This document shows positions 51,251 to 64,000 of a stretch of 64,000 nt of DNA, piece by piece. The number at the start of each line of letters is the position of its first letter. Within the stretch, counting starts at the first letter, position 1. Made by a program: the position numbers and the translations under genes. Below the pieces are notes generated by a model that saw only the letters and a program-made list of their open reading frames with translations, was not told where the DNA came from and did not search any database. Origin of the DNA: Octopus sinensis (taxonomy: Eukaryota); contig NC_042999.1 of the NCBI RefSeq assembly GCF_006345805.1, forward strand, positions 26,288,001-26,352,000. Direction: 5' to 3'.

Positions 51251-54200
51251 CTCACTCACAGGAAAATTGTTAATAAACTAAACAAGTGGAGGAACAGGAG
51301 TAGTGAATTTTAAAATGCACAGAAAAAATATCTGAATTAATTAGAATTTATTTACATTTCAAATGTAGAAATACACGTGACCAATTTCATATGAAATTTT
51401 CATAAGTGTATATTATAAGGGGTGGTGTCAGAAATTATATTTGTCCTTCCGTTGTTATCAAAATAGTTTGTTTTTGAAGTAAGAATGTGACTCACAATGT
51501 TACCCGTTACGGCGCAAATTCATTGGTTAACGTTCATGTATTACGATTACGTGAACATCGGACGAGAATAGGAAAGCTCTTGTCTCACGTGGCATGCACT
51601 GACACTGAACCTGGAGCCATGTGACTGGGAAACTAAGTTCTTACTACACACCGACGCTTGTATAAATATAAATATTTATTTTTCCATGCAATAATTTTGC
51701 TAGAATTGAAACATTACTTTTATCGATCTTTTCCTAATTTAGAAAATGTAGTAAATTGATGCATATAAACATATCATTGATAAACGTAATAAAAAAAGTA
51801 ATATGACTTTTATTGTTAATGCAGATATTGATCAATGACATCTATAACCGTAATCGTTAATTAAGAACTTTGCCAAAGATGTGTTATTCTGATTTAATCT
51901 GAATATGACAAAAGTTATAAAACTTACATCCATACACGTATATATATTTATGATTTAATTACAAACTTCCAAAGCGATTTGTATATATATTGTTTAACTG
52001 GAAAATATTCGCCCTTTGTAGGATGTTAATGAATATAGATTCTAATATCATACTGCTTTTGTGTATTTTGAATCCTAAATAGATATTACTTAATTACATA
52101 TCTTACATATGATATGATAGTTTTGAATTTTTTATGATTACATTGATATATATAGTAGTATTCACGTCATGCAGGCAGGTTTCGTACTCAGTTTGCCTCC
52201 TTGCTGTTCTATTTGTAACATTTTACCCCGCGTCACTGACATTACCTAATTTCGGGCCGGTTTCGAATTGAGAATGTGTGACGCTTGACGGGAATTAAAA
52301 TATCTTGCTTATCGATTCCTTTCAGGGAGCAAAAACGAGAGGAGGAGAGAGGGGATGACAGAGAAAGTAGATGATATATCTCTATCTCTCTACAAAACCA
52401 AGCACCTACTCAAGCACACCCGCAGAGACACGCATGCTCAAAGGCCGGAAACATTCTGAATGCATCTCGCACGCAAGCGCAAGTGCACGCCACACATGCA
52501 CGCACACACATGCATACACACACACATCATTCACTCATGGCAATGAGTGAATATATACTTAAGATCATCCCTTTTTTACTCCAGAACAGTTCTCGACCAA
52601 ATCAGGTGCGGTTATTTCTTGCAATCAGGGCCCAGTCCGAGGTTGCAAGTTGATATCAAGTAACTGAAATTCAGTTCATTAAAAGGTGGTTGCGTCAAAG
52701 TACGTGAGGTTACAAATGACAGAATAAGCCGCAAATTAATTTTGAATCAAAATATCTGTTATTTCAAAATGAAAACCATAGAGGAAATGGGGTTGAAGGA
52801 ATGTGCTCTTGGGGAAGTATGTTTTCCAGAAAATCTCATTTAAAAGTTTCAGCTAGGAAAAAAGTGTGGCTTTAAGTGACGAAAAAATATTAAGTAACCC
52901 AGACATTGCATTTGATTCAAAATATATCTGCTTTTGTTTCAGCAAACTATACAATAGTTATGTTCAAATGAAAGAACCATATGAGATCAATCCTATGGCA
53001 TGAATTTCGTCAAAAAGTATAACAAACTGATGTCACTTTCAGTGACGACGGAGAACTCTAATCACTTCAACAAATTAAAATGTTATCATTCTATGATACT
53101 TAGCGTTATAAAAGATGGTATTAGGTGTCATAGGCCACTAAGCTTAATAGTACCTAACAATGAAACACAGCCTGAGAGGTACGGGTTTTGATTCTCTGTA
53201 CTTATCTGCTAGCCACTCCAACCCACCGTCTTCTAAGAATAGGTAGCCAAACTTTTAAGATGTTTTCACAACTATTCTAAGTTCAAGGTTTACGTCCGGT
53301 CAAAGGGTTTAACGAGAAGTATCCTATGGTGCAAATTTTGGCAAAAAATATGAGCTGGAAAGTAGTTGTGTGGTTTTAAGTGACGAGAAAGTGTAAGAAA
53401 TAAAAGTCTTTGTCTTTTTAAGAGAAAAATATTATTTGAACTTAAATGAAAGCGTTCATCGAAATGAATATTTTAGAGATAACCCCTTCTAATACATCAA
53501 GCATCAGAAAAGTTATGCACTTTTAGGTAAATATTAAAAACATTCTAAAATAAGAAATTGCACTCATTAAAACACTAATTATTAATAATTTAATTAGAAT
53601 ATAACATTATTTTATAATAAAAATTGTTTAAAAGAATATCTATATGTAACAGATATGCTGCTTTTAATTCTTTGTTATGTTTAAGTGCAAACATAATTTC
53701 TAAGTTTGAATAAAATCTGTATTAAAATAAAATATTTGAAATAGTATTTTTTTATATGAATGTTAATTATAAAGTTACATTTAATTAAGTATGCTAAGGG
53801 CAGCGTTCCATGGAAAAAGTGAACTAGAATGAAAAATGAGCGCACAAAATCCTAGAATAACTATCGAACTTGGAAAAGTAAAAAACAAACAGTAATTAAA
53901 CCAGGAAAAGTACACGAAAAGAAGGGAAAAAAAATTAAAGTATTGCAGCTGAATTGAGGATTTGCTAAATAAATTTCTGAAATTCTTCAGCAAATTGTGT
54001 GTGCACATTTTGAGTTTAATATATTTGTGTTCTTTTCATTTCAGATATTTATGTTAATATTTTGATTTTTTTTTAAATTTGCATTAAGGTAAAACATTTG
54101 TCTTATGTTTAGTATCATATTCGTTTTTATATTTTATTTTCTTGACAAAACTCATTAACCAAAATTTGTAAATCACAAATATTGTATAATAAAATTAAGC

Positions 54201-54785
54201 TCTTGTAGAATATACATATATTTCAAAAATAAAAACTAAATAAAAAAAGTTTTTAAATACAAGAATTTCTTTAAATTTGCATCATCGTATAACAGAGCAT
54301 TTTCTATTTACAGTTAGAAAAATATTTTTTAAATGAAAGCTAATGAACAAATTGAGTACAAAATTTAGAAACGAATCTTTAGGTTTCATTAAATAACTTA
54401 GGGATTATGATTTTCAATTTTGCTTAAATGTTTCAAATTTATATGTTTGTAATATCTAATTTTTAATCTTTCAGGCAATTAGTGATTTCACTAGAATTGA
54501 AAATAAATAGATTCCAATGTATTTTAATGTAAACATTTAAGTGAAAATATAATATATAAAATGTCATTTATTACTATTTTAGTTTTCAAATTCTAACTAT
54601 AACAATATTATTTTAAATTTGTTTCTTTTTGTACTAAATTTTTCTATCTTTAATTACTAATTGTTCAGCATATTTTCAGGTTTAATACTGAAGAATAACC
54701 TAGGATTCTGCGCGGTCATGTTTTATGTTTGTATGTGCGTTATATATATTCGTATGAGAAGGGATGACCACTAAGTGGACATATA

Positions 54786-54997
54786 TATATATAGTTAATC
54801 CAAACATGAAAACACAAACAGAAAACACAACAACGCGAGGACGTGGAACGAATATAGTATTATTGGACGCTCAGGAAAGAAGGTCAGAAGGAGGGTTTAA
54901 CGTTTCGAGCAGAGCTCTTTGTCAGAAACATAGGAAAAGTAAAGATCCAAAGAAGGAAAGACGAGGAAAAAAATCGCCAACGGTACGCACGCGGTGA
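54786..54997 (-). mobile_element. Short pLTR-like HHR element, family D copy 3
   Basis: Follows (TA)n; HHR at 54895-54929 GUUU-CUGACAA-A-GAGC-UCU-GCUC-GAAA-CGUU-AAAC (G8>A). Confidence 0.78.
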
Positions 54998-55000
54998 CCT

Positions 55001-55033
<33 letters not shown>

Positions 55034-55035
55034 TG

Positions 55036-57945
55036 TATTGACACCCCAAATATCTCACCAGTGCTTCTGCTGAATGTCAGAGGTCTGGTGAAACCCACTA
55101 ATATGAGTAAAATTCCTTACCTTAGGGACTTAAGCACAAGCAACCATGCAATATGCATAGCGCTGACTGAAACGCACCTGTCAAGCAGTATAGCAGATGC
55201 AGAAATACACGTACCAAAGTATACTGTTTTTCGGTCAGACAGGAAGGAAAGAACTCATGGTGGGGTTGCCCTGTACGTCCGGGAAGATGTCACACCCATA
55301 GTACTGTTGACACACTCAAACTCAGTCTGTGACACACTGATAGTACACATGAAACAACCGAAAATAGTAATATGTGTCACATATCGGCCACCAGACACCC
55401 CTAGTCATGAAGGAGTGTTTGAAGATAGCCTCAGAAGAATAGAAGAAGTCCTGGACAAACTGGACCAGGGTAACACCATTCTACTGCTGGGAGATTTTAA
55501 CCTTCCGAAAGTCAAATGGCCAGATGGCCATCTCCTCCCTGCAATGACATCACTTGAACAGAGACAGACAGAGTCCTTGTTGGCTCTCACACGCAAGTTT
55601 TTCATGGAACAAGCAGTGCTTCGGCCAACAAGAGGTGAGAATGTCTTGGACCTTGGTTTCACAAGCAACCCGATGCTCATCCACAACATAATGGTAACAC
55701 CAACAATTCTCTCAGATCACAACTTAGTAGAGGTAATGACATATGGTATGAGAGAGTTAGTTGAGACGCAGCCATTAGAAAATACCACAGGTCTATCCAG
55801 TCTAAACTTCCATAAGGCAAACTGGAAGAAGATAAACGAAGAGATCCGAAAACATGACTGGAGTGACTTCATCACCACACAAGACACCAACACACATTTC
55901 CAACATTTCATGACAACAATACAGAACATATGCCATAAGTTTGTCCCGGAGAAAAAAGCCAGCGGGCATAGGAACGTTATTCCCAGAGACAGGAAAATAC
56001 TTATGAGGCGAAGAGCTAAGCTCTCGAAGCAACTGAATGCACGGCAGAGAAACAATGAGGGACTCCACCTGAAACTTTTTGAAACGGAAACTGCATTCAA
56101 ACTTTCCTATGAGAAGGAGAGGGCAGAGAGAGAAGCCAGGGCCATAGAGAATATTAAAACAAACCCCAAAGCCTTCTTTAAATTTGCGAAAGAAACCACC
56201 TCGGTACACTGCAAGATTGGCCCACTCTTTGATAAAAAGGGCTCTCTAACTGAGGACCCCCAAGGGATAAGTGAAATACTAAAGGAACAGTATAAAAGTG
56301 TGTTCACATCCCCTCTGGGGCACATGCAAATCACAAACCCAGAAGTTTTCTTTGATGCCACAACACTCCAAAACCAAACAACAACCATCGACCACATAGA
56401 CATAACTGCCCAGGGCGCTAAAAGAAGGCACCATATGCCCTATCCACAAAGGAGGGAGTAGAGCAGAGTCCAAAAACTACAGGCCAGTCTCCCTGACGTC
56501 ATACATAATTAAGGTCATGGAACGAATCATCAGAAAAAAACTGATCACGTTCCTCGAAGAAACTAACCGTCTCACTGACACACAGCATGGCTTTCGCCCA
56601 GGAAGAAGCTGCCTTACGCAGCTGTTACAACACTACGACTGGGTACTGAAACAACAACTGGATCGCTCACAGGGGGATGTGGTATATCTCGACTTTGCGA
56701 AGGCCTTTGACAAAGTCGACCACGGAGTGATATGTCACAAATTACTCAGACTCGGCATAACAGGAAAAGTAGGTGAGTGGATACATGACTTCCTGAAGGA
56801 CAGAAGCCAGATGGTTGCAGCCAATGGAGCCCTCTCGGGAAAGACACCAATAGCAAGCGGGGTGCCACAGGGCACAGTCTTGGGACCCTTGCTGTTTTTG
56901 GTGGTGCTCTCTGACATGCCCTTGGTAGCACAAACAACATCCCTCACTAGCTATGCTGATGACACAAAGGTAGCACAGGCAATCAAAAACCCAGCTGATG
57001 CTGACCTTTTACAACAAGATCTGGATGCCATATACAAATGGGCTGAAGACAGCAACATGCAATTTAATGCTGGTAAATTTCAAGCCTTACAATATCAAGC
57101 TGTAAACACATATACATTACAACACAACTATACTGGTCCAGGAGGGATCGAAATTCCAGTATCGAAATCAATACGGGACCTTAGGGATAGACATGAGTGA
57201 CGATGCATCTTTTTCTTCACACATCGCGAAGGTGGCGACAATGTGCAGACGACTCACTGGCTGGATCCTGAGGACATTCCGGACAAGAGACTGCGAGACC
57301 ATGTTGACACTATGGAGGACATTTGTCCTAAGCCGCCTGGACTACTGCTCCCAACTGTGGTCACCGCATAGTGTCAAACTAACCACAGAGCCTGAGACAA
57401 TCCAAAGACATTTCACCAAGAGGATTTCCACCATGAAAGAAAAGACCTATTGGGAGAGGCTTAGGGAACTCAATTTGTACTCCTTGGAACGAAGACGAGA
57501 GAGATATGCAGTGATATACATATGGAAAATCCTGGAGGGACTAGCACCAAATTTTGGAATTGAGAGCTGTTCCAGTCCTCGTACAGGACGTCACTGTTTG
57601 GTGCCAAAGGTCCCGTCTTCCACATCCAGGGTAAGGAGCAGATACTGTAATAGCCTGGGGTTCAGGGGCCCTCAGCTGTTCAACAAACTGCCAAGAAAAC
57701 TAAGAGATCTACATGATGCGGATGTGGACATTTTCAAAAAACATCTAGACAAGCTGCTTTCCGGGATCCCAGATGAACCCACTGCAAGGTACGAAGGTAA
57801 CCTAAGGGCAGCAGCTACAAACTCTCTCTTAGATCAGTGGCCAGCCACGGCAAACTGGACTTAGAGAGGGTAGCAACAAGGGCGGTGCCCCAGCATGGCC
57901 TCAGCCGGATGGCTGAAACAAGTAAAAGAGTAAAAAAAAAAAAAA
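55036..57945 (+). mobile_element. CR1-type LINE, 5'-truncated, nearly complete ORF2 (APE and RT)
   Basis: APE motifs LLNVRGL, LTETHL, GDFNLP, SDHN; RT motifs QHGFRPGRSC, YLDFAKAFDKV, GVPQGTVLGP, YADD; C-terminal LRELNLYSLERRRERY; one internal deletion near 56410 and a frameshift near 57185. Confidence 0.95.
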
Positions 57946-57977
57946 GAGTATGTATCTATACATACGTATATATATAC

Positions 57978-58017
<40 letters not shown>

Positions 58018-58176
58018 TAACAATTGAGGATAAAATCTTTAAAAGAAATTATCAGTAGTCAGCGTGAAAAACCTCGTAAGAGAAAATATCCGTAAATTCT
58101 TCCTCTTTGAAAATATTCATTATATATATAAAATATTCATTATATATATAAAATAAAATATAATATAATATATATA

Positions 58177-58258
<82 letters not shown>

Positions 58259-59730
58259 GTATGTGTGTATGTATGTATGTATGTATGTATGTATGTATGT
58301 ATGTGTGTATGTATGTATGTGTGTGTGTGTGTTTGTGTCTAGTAAAATAAGGATTCGAATAGAATCAAGGAGCTGAAAAGGTATGCAGCTGATAGGGTTG
58401 GGTAAACCTCTAGTTCCGTCCTATGCTCAGTAAGTATCAAATAGGATATTTCAGATTTGTGCACGGAGGAAACCAACCCTATGAGTATTTAGCATATCTT
58501 ACGATGTATTGTACGTTGTTGACATAATCTAGGGTGTCCGACAAGTCTTAAATCTTCATGGTGTTGTATAATGAAATTAATAATAACTGCCTGCTAATGA
58601 TGTGACATTCATCCATCGGCTGTTATCACACATTTAGTATATATATATATATATGTTTGACAATTACATGTGGATTCATATTTTGTCTTATAACGGGTAA
58701 GAACATAATTGCGTGAATTATAATTTCTTTTAAAATATATAACAATGCATAACATTCTATGAATTACTGAAGAAGGACACGAGAAAGAAGTAGGCAATGA
58801 AAAAGTAGAGAAAGATAAAACCAGACAACAGAATATTTGGGGCCAATACATCTGAAAATAATCCAGTTTTTTTTTTCAATATTCGCAAGTAAATAATTCT
58901 TTGGAATTGCAATTGATGAATTAGAAGTTAGACGAGAAGTGTTGACAGAGAAAGAATGAAACAATAAATAAAGAAATACATAAATACAAATAGTTAAAAA
59001 AGGCATCGGAGAGGTGATGTCTAGCCTGCGCGAAGATACATTTCTTCGCAAATTATAGTGTGGCTTTCAATGCATTACTTACCAATGTTATTTAATTGAA
59101 CTGAATAAAGCTTTGTAAGCGTTTGATTAAAAGAGGATTAGAAGTCTAAGTAGATGACAGTGAAACGTAGACTTGATCGATGTGTACGCCAAACGCATAT
59201 GAGTAAAATTTGCCTATGCGTAAATACATGATTATTGACATAATAATCATGATTATGAAGATGAACAAAGCGAAGAAAGTAAAATACTTATGGAAAATAG
59301 TGCATAGAAATTCAGAAGTGTTTTCAATGTTCTTCAATAATGCTAAGCGAATCGAACGTACTGTCGTTCGTTGTAGGAGATAAACATTATAACCACTTGC
59401 TTATCGGGGAAATTTTGATTCGACTTTTTAAAAAATATGTTTTTTTAAATATCACCAAGTTGGTATTTATACTCCTGTGAAATTAAATACTCAGCTCATA
59501 AATAAACGAAGCCCCCCAACATATTACTGCAAACACAAACACACACACTCGCATACATACACACACACACACATACATAAACATACTCACACACACACAC
59601 TCAAAGCAAACATATCTATGTTATATGTCTAAGTATGTATGTACTCACACGGTTCTACGTGCCATGGGACACCATAATCCATACACACAGACGAGGGTCG
59701 AATTAAATTATATATATTCCTTTATATGTA

Positions 59731-59944
59731 TTATTTGTTTCAGTGTTTTGACTGCGGCTGTGCTGGAGCATCATCTTTAGTCGAAGAAATCGACCGCAGG
59801 ACTTACTCTTTTTAAGCCTAATACTTATTCTATTGGCGTCCTTTGCGGAACCGCTAAGTTACGGTGATCTAAACACACCAACATCAGTTGTCATGCATTG
59901 GAGGGGCGGGACATACCCAGACACACAAACATATGCATACATAA

Positions 59945-59988
<44 letters not shown>

Positions 59989-60030
59989 ATAAATATAAAT
60001 ATATATATGTATGTATGTATATAAATATAA

Positions 60031-60119
<89 letters not shown>

Positions 60120-60214
60120 GACAGTGTTCTTTCAGTTTCCCCCTACTAAATCCACTCACGAGGCGTTGGTGGATCCGAGGCTATAGTAGAAGAGACTTGC
60201 GAAAGTTGCCACGC
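59731..60214 (-). mobile_element. SINE family 1, head truncated, expanded (TA)n
   Basis: Colinear with other family-1 copies. Confidence 0.85.
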
Positions 60215-60218
60215 ATTT

Positions 60219-60295
<77 letters not shown>

Positions 60296-60439
60296 GACTG
60301 TTTCGTGATGGTAAAACCAACAAAAAAATTACTCCACCTGGTGAGTGATAAATAGTATTTAATAGACATAACACATGTTTTATGTGCTGGTAATAGATTG
60401 TCGAACATGCCAAAACTATGCATACCCTGTGAACACATA

Positions 60440-60670
60440 AATTCTTTCCCAATAAATCTGCACAGTGAAAATTTTATGAGTCACCCGGCCGCCAGTTTTG
60501 GAGATAATCTAACTAAATTTTTGTCATTCTGAACCACTTATCCACTAAGTATTTTTTGCCAAATTTGGTGAAAATCTGTTCAACAGTTTTTCAGAAATTT
60601 GTAAAATACAGACAAAGAAAGACGAGTGATTACACTACCCTTCTTTCGCTTACAGGCGCAGGTTGAAAAT
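60440..60670. mobile_element. Possible Helentron/DINE-1-like non-autonomous fragment
   Basis: CCAAATTTGGTGAAAATCTGTTCAACAGTTTTTCAG..ACAGACA.. resembles common Helentron-associated interspersed elements. Confidence 0.35.
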
Positions 60671-61106
60671 GAAGAAAATTACGTGTGCTCATAAACACAC
60701 AGACATGTATTTTTGTTGTGTATGTTGTCCATGTGTGTTTTTCTATGTTACTACTGGGATTTTTAGATGTACTAATGCTGTTTTATTTCACTGAAAAATG
60801 ATAAGAAAATATACGTACTTAGATGAAGGTGATATTAATCGTTGTTCTATAAATTCAGAGCTATAAGATTTTATGGCTTTTATAAAACAAGAAATAGGAG
60901 CACTGCAACATAACCAGTTTTCAATCGAGAAAAATTGTAACTTAAAGCTAAGATAACAAGGCCGTTCCTTACGCATTTTTCGTATGAATCTACAATAGGG
61001 TATGCTAGAAATAGCTGTTAAGCTATATGATATAGTGATATAAGTTAACAATTGATAGACTTAATGCTGTATACTGATGTTTATGAAGAATACGCACGAC
61101 TAATAT

Positions 61107-61333
61107 TCTCTTTGACTCTTTTACTTATTTCAGCCATTTGACTGCGGCGCTGCTGGAGCACCGCCTTTAGTCGAGCAAATCGACCACATGACATATTTTT
61201 TTGGAAGCCCAGTACTTATTCTATCGGTCTCTTTTGCCGAACCGCTAAGTTACGGTGACGTAAAAACACCACCATCGGTTGTCAAGCGATATTGGGGGGA
61301 CAAACACAGACACACAAATATATACGCACACAT

Positions 61334-61400
<67 letters not shown>

Positions 61401-61571
61401 CAAATATTCGATGGGCTTCTTTCAGTTTCCGTCAACCAAATCCACTCAAGGCTTTGATCGGCCTGAGGCTATAGTAGAGGACACTTTCCGAAGGTGCCAC
61501 GCAGTGCGAATGAACCCGGAACCATGTGGTTGGTAAGCAAGCTACTTACCTCATAGCCACTCCTGCGCCTA
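61107..61571 (-). mobile_element. SINE family 1, full length
   Basis: Head TAGGCGCAGGAGTGG at 61571. Confidence 0.9.
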
Positions 61572-61889
61572 CACAAATATGTTTATGATCATTTCAATAT
61601 TCAACTTGAAGAAGGCTGTGTTAAAGAACATTGGCAACAAAGGATAATTCAATTTATTTTATTAAGGCTTGATTGCCATATATCATACATATTTAAGTGG
61701 GAGATAAATGTTGATGGTGTCAGTCTAGAAAATTGTTCTTTGTCCTTTTCTTCACTTGCAACATTGCGATTATAAATTATGGACCAATAATATCGAACGA
61801 TAAATGGTCTATTCATGTGTTATTAAACAAATATAGTCCTCTATTTTCAACGATACTGAGAGCTAAATGTTTTGTTCTTCCCTCGTAGT

Positions 61890-62166
<277 letters not shown>

Positions 62167-62490
62167 AGTAACAAAGTGAGGAAAAAAATCCTTCAAAGGG
62201 CTATGTTAAGCATCCAGTTCCCTGGGACATCAGTTGGGTACCGTATAAATATTGGTTTAATTCAATTATAATGATAAATTTAATACAAAGTTATTTAATT
62301 AACAATCAATTGCACTTAACTTGATTGCATCGTCCTTTAAAGTGTTTTGTTGTTTTTTAATTGTAATTGCTGTATGATTGGAGAGTTAATGCTGAGGCTA
62401 ATAACACATACGTTTGAATTAATTTTTACAATCCAGCCGTGCTTTCACACGCAATTTCGTCTTTTCCGAAAGCCAAGACACTGAAGTGAC

Positions 62491-62528
<38 letters not shown>

Positions 62529-62623
62529 AGGCCAACAAATTGTTTCGATTTATATGTTTTTCTGATTTACATAATCACAGTTCTATTATATATATATATA
62601 TGTGTATATATATATATATATAT

Positions 62624-63116
62624 ATTTATATATAGAGGGCATTATACATACATGCCAGGAGGCATTCTACATACACGCCATACGCTAAGAGGGACAATCA
62701 GTCATTTCTACCAAAAATATTACTAATCCCACCGAATGCAATTTTTCAAAGAAAGACATTTAAAAATATATAGACCTGTATCACAGTGATTTCATACTTA
62801 CGTAATCATGCTGATGATTACGTAAGTATGAAATCACTGTGATACAGGTCTATATATTTTTAAATGTCTTTCTTTGAAAAATTGCATTCGGTGGGATTAG
62901 TAATATTTTTGGTAGAAATGACTGATTGTCCCTCTTAGCGTATGGCGTGTATGTAGAATGCCTCCTGGCATGTATGTATAATGCCCTCTATATATAAATT
63001 AATATGTTCAATAAGAAATAATTATTTTCGAAATTTTTTCTCTTATGAGGTTTTTACGCTATCTACCTGACAATTTCTTGTTAAGTTTTCCTTATTAAGT
63101 AGTTGTCCTTAATTGC

Positions 63117-63120
<4 letters not shown>
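62624..63120 (+). mobile_element. HHR-bearing fold-back element with perfect 186-bp hairpin
   Basis: 62624-62809 is the exact reverse complement of 62814-62999 (loop GCTG); the right side continues ~120 bp to (TA)n. Confidence 0.88.
62809..62848 (+). ncRNA. Minimal type I hammerhead ribozyme (core intact, stem I truncated to 2 bp)
   Basis: UG-CUGAUGA-UUAC-GUAA-GUAU-GAAA-UCAC-U-GUGAU-A-CAGG: core intact, GNRA-capped stem II, palindromic stem III, AUA site. Confidence 0.75.
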
Positions 63121-63215
<95 letters not shown>

Positions 63216-63411
63216 GAACTGTGATTATGTAAATCAGAAAAACATATAAATCGAAACAATTTGTTGGCTTTTATGGTTTTTATAATTATTTATGTTAATA
63301 TTTATGTTTATAAATATTATGTTATGTTATATATTATATTCATAGTATTTAATGTAATATTGTATATAAATATAATTGATTGGATTGCCAGTTGAATATC
63401 TCTATATTTAT

Positions 63412-63479
<68 letters not shown>

Positions 63480-63482
63480 ATA

Positions 63483-63549
<67 letters not shown>

Positions 63550-63557
63550 TATATATA

Positions 63558-63821
63558 TAATAAATATTAGGGAATGAATCCAAAATTACAGCGAAAAATC
63601 AGATTTAGGGTTAAATCCAATTTTATAGTAAAATATTATATAATATAATTCGAGACAAAACCACTATTTTAAAACCAAACAAGAAAAGACTTAATCAATA
63701 CATAAAATTTTAATATAAATTAAATAAATAAATAAATAATTTAATTTATATTAAAATTTTATGTATTGATTAAGTCTTTTCTTGTTTGGTTTTAAAATAG
63801 TGGTTTTGTCTCGAATTATAT

Positions 63822-63826
<5 letters not shown>
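63558..63826. mobile_element. Second copy of the 13190 family tail, folded back (88-bp perfect arms)
   Basis: Homologous to 13190-13350; 63638-63725 is the exact reverse complement of 63739-63826; (TA)n on both sides. Confidence 0.88.
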
Positions 63827-63879
<53 letters not shown>

Positions 63880-63910
63880 TGTCATATTGATATCCATTAT
63901 TTATTGTTAG

Positions 63911-64000
63911 GAGGTGAGCTAATAAAATCGTTTGCATGCCGGAGAAAATACTCAGCTTCTTTACGTTCTAAGTTCTAAATTCGCCGATATCGACTTTGCC
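63911..64000 (+). mobile_element. SINE family 2, 5' part (cut by window edge)
   Basis: GGAGGTGAGC..CGTTTGCATGCCGG..GTTCTAAATTCGCCGATATCGACTTTGCC. Confidence 0.65.

Noticed and set aside
52150-52600. GC-richer island as promoter or conserved element
   Set aside because: No adjacent exon or diagnostic motif; cannot be supported without comparative or chromatin data.
53400-54740. Host exons in the very AT-rich unique stretch (several TTTCAG acceptor-like sites)
   Set aside because: No open reading segment with a matching donor and plausible peptide.

Overview
AT-rich, repeat-saturated animal DNA. The tRNA-derived SINEs and the microsatellite load suggest an octopod cephalopod (inference). I found no supportable host gene, rRNA, true tRNA or CRISPR; nearly all ORF-track entries are microsatellite artefacts. 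Recognisable content: a near-complete CR1-type LINE ORF2 (55.0-57.9 kb), decayed R4/Dong, Tx1/L1, Penelope-like (PLE), mariner/Tc1 and Helitron remnants, and about 20 SINE copies from three families. The main unexplained signal is a dense set of minimal type I hammerhead ribozymes (HHRs) from about eight unrelated sequence families. These include a ~505-bp tandem array with one HHR per unit (retrozyme-like), an intact HHR in each arm of a 3.8-kb palindrome, a perfect hairpin that folds at an HHR core, and U3-A8 core variants. Most HHR-bearing elements sit in (TA)n tracts. Several have the same fold-back layout: a full tail on one side and an inverted copy ending at an internal TA-rich motif on the other. 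The CR1 3' end also shares a stem-loop with the commonest SINE, with a compensatory base-pair change. All alignments and folds were done by eye; none of the ribozyme activity or family assignments has been tested.
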